From NCBI GenBank assembly GCA_015064355.1, contig SVSJ01000007.1, positions 7,435 through 71,434 of the forward strand: a DNA stretch of 64,000 nt. The letters are read 5' to 3'. The position numbers were made by a program, and so were the translations under genes. The DNA is from Oscillospiraceae bacterium. GTDB taxonomy: Bacteria; Bacillota; Clostridia; Oscillospirales; CAG-272. This document shows positions 62,711 through 64,000 of this stretch, piece by piece. Under the pieces are notes generated by a model. The model worked only from the letters and a program-made list of their open reading frames with translations. It had not been told where the DNA came from and ran no database searches. Within the stretch, counting starts at the first letter, position 1. Each line of letters begins with the position of its first letter.

Positions 62711-64000
62711 TTATTTGATTATATAACCGAGATTTTCACCGATTGCATTTTTGGTAGTGAACCAAACAAGCTCATCTTTTGCCTCTTCTTCATCGATAAT
62801 ATAGCCAATTCTCCAAAGATCATCACCAAGATACTCTTGATAAACTGCCTCATATGTTCCGGTTCTTGTTCCGGGGGTACTGTCGAATACATAACCGTCG
62901 CAGTTTGAATTTATTGAAATTTCTCCATCATCTTCGACAGTAAAACCATATAAGTTGAACGAGTGAAGGAAGGATTCAGCGTCGCTGTTTTCCTTGCCTG
63001 TGAGCTTAACCGTAAGAACGATCATCTTTTTAGTTAAATAATCGGTTTCGCCAAAGCTACTGAAACTGTTAATTCCGTCGCCGCGGATATATTCGGTTCT
63101 CGCGTACGGAACAAACTTTCCACTCTCATCGATAAATTTTTCGATAAATCTGTAGTTAAAGAAATTGCCCTTGTCAAGTCCCGCAACAGCATCTCTTATT
63201 TCTTTTGATACGACGGTGATTTCAGTGGTTTCAGTATCAAAGTAGCCTTTATGCTTGGCTGTATCTCCGACTGAATACATATCCGCGTAATATATGGGGT
63301 TAGGCTCACTGTAGTGGACTTTTGGAATATTTGCACCACCGCCCTTTGGCTCATTGGAGATTGGCAGAGCTTCCGATGTTTCGTTTGTAAAGCTTACAGT
63401 AATTTTCTCGGCAATATTTTTCAGCTCGTCCACGCTGACTCCGTAACTAACGTATGCTTTTATGACAAGCTTTTCTTCCTCAAAAAGAAGGTACAGCATT
63501 TTGTTATAGAAATCAGCATCGCTTCCAAATATGATGTATCCCTTGCTCGAATCTGTGCTAAACTCTTCAGTGTATTTCGCACCACCAAGCAAGTCCTCAA
63601 AGCTATCTCGAAGCAGGTCATGACCGATAAACGTAATGGATTTTGTGAACTCCTCGTTCCTGTATTTATAAGGTGTCGCAAGATCCACATACATGTCTTC
63701 GGGCATATAGCCGAAGTTTAGCTTTACACTAACCTCACCTTCTTCTGCTCGCCAGGCGAGTGCAGGTCTATCGGTGCTTTCCACGGGGCGATCAGTCTCA
63801 TTGCCTCCGATAGATGCTTTTATCTCAACCTCATAACCTTTTTGTTCCGCTCTGAATTCAATAAAGTGAGATACTGCAAAAACACCGACTGACAGGACAA
63901 ATATTGCCACGGCCGCAACGAGCAGTTTTGCTGCAATCATAGGTCTTGACACTCTATGATTAGACAAGATTCTTTCCTCTTTTTCCAGTGCAGCCAGGAG
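62711..64000 (-). CDS. Single-pass membrane protein with a large extracytoplasmic domain, probably extending beyond the right edge (anti-sigma-like)
   Basis: The ORF track starts at TTG 63967, but the frame stays open to position 64000 (LLAALEKEERI...). The TM helix is LLVAAVAIFVLSVGVFAV. No recognised catalytic motifs. Confidence 0.45.
   Translation of the reverse strand, partial: LLAALEKEERILSNHRVSRPMIAAKLLVAAVAIFVLSVGVFAVSHFIEFRAEQKGYEVEIKASIGGNETDRPVESTDRPALAWRAEEGEVSVKLNFGYMPEDMYVDLATPYKYRNEEFTKSITFIGHDLLRDSFEDLLGGAKYTEEFSTDSSKGYIIFGSDADFYNKMLYLLFEEEKLVIKAYVSYGVSVDELKNIAEKITVSFTNETSEALPISNEPKGGGANIPKVHYSEPNPIYYADMYSVGDTAKHKGYFDTETTEITVVSKEIRDAVAGLDKGNFFNYRFIEKFIDESGKFVPYARTEYIRGDGINSFSSFGETDYLTKKMIVLTVKLTGKENSDAESFLHSFNLYGFTVEDDGEISINSNCDGYVFDSTPGTRTGTYEAVYQEYLGDDLWRIGYIIDEEEAKDELVWFTTKNAIGENLGYIIK

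Overview
This is a 64 kb chromosomal window from a Firmicute. It looks like a Clostridia genome (Oscillospiraceae/Ruminococcaceae-like), at roughly 48-50% G+C by eye, with frequent near-consensus sigma-A promoters (TTGACA-17-TATAAT) and GGAGG ribosome-binding sites. SleL-like and SpoVB-like genes hint at a spore-former. All calls rest on motifs and family resemblance read from the translations; no database search was run.

Gene content is mostly core housekeeping: sbcDC, smpB plus tmRNA, xpt, eno, an SRP RNA followed by dnaX-ybaB-recR, sdaA, rubrerythrin, ccdA/tlpA, and metF-metH. Carbohydrate genes are interspersed: GH43, GH32, GH29, a GH36-like enzyme, GH2, a PTS EIICB and MFS transporters. 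There are also two ECF sigma modules and several membrane proteins of unknown function. I saw no CRISPR array, transposase, integrase or prophage.

The most unusual locus is a two-gene operon at 30123-33180 with its own promoter and terminator. It holds a small AT-rich ORF translationally coupled to an 863-aa protein. In that protein a Tet(M)/EF-G-type ribosomal GTPase is fused in frame to a YacP/Rae1-type NYN RNase domain.

Other items worth a second look:
- an MFS(12 TM)-GH2 fusion protein
- a YdjI/YdjG/YdjH-like SPFH / Zn-ribbon / TPM module with no pspA
- a YhbD-like regulator with twin palindromic operators next to a bactofilin gene
- an unclassified ~190-nt leader ahead of a CNNM/CorC gene
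- phased TTAACA hexamers beside a Na/Pi transporter gene
- a terminator inside the yitT leader
- a 27 x 15-bp coding tandem repeat
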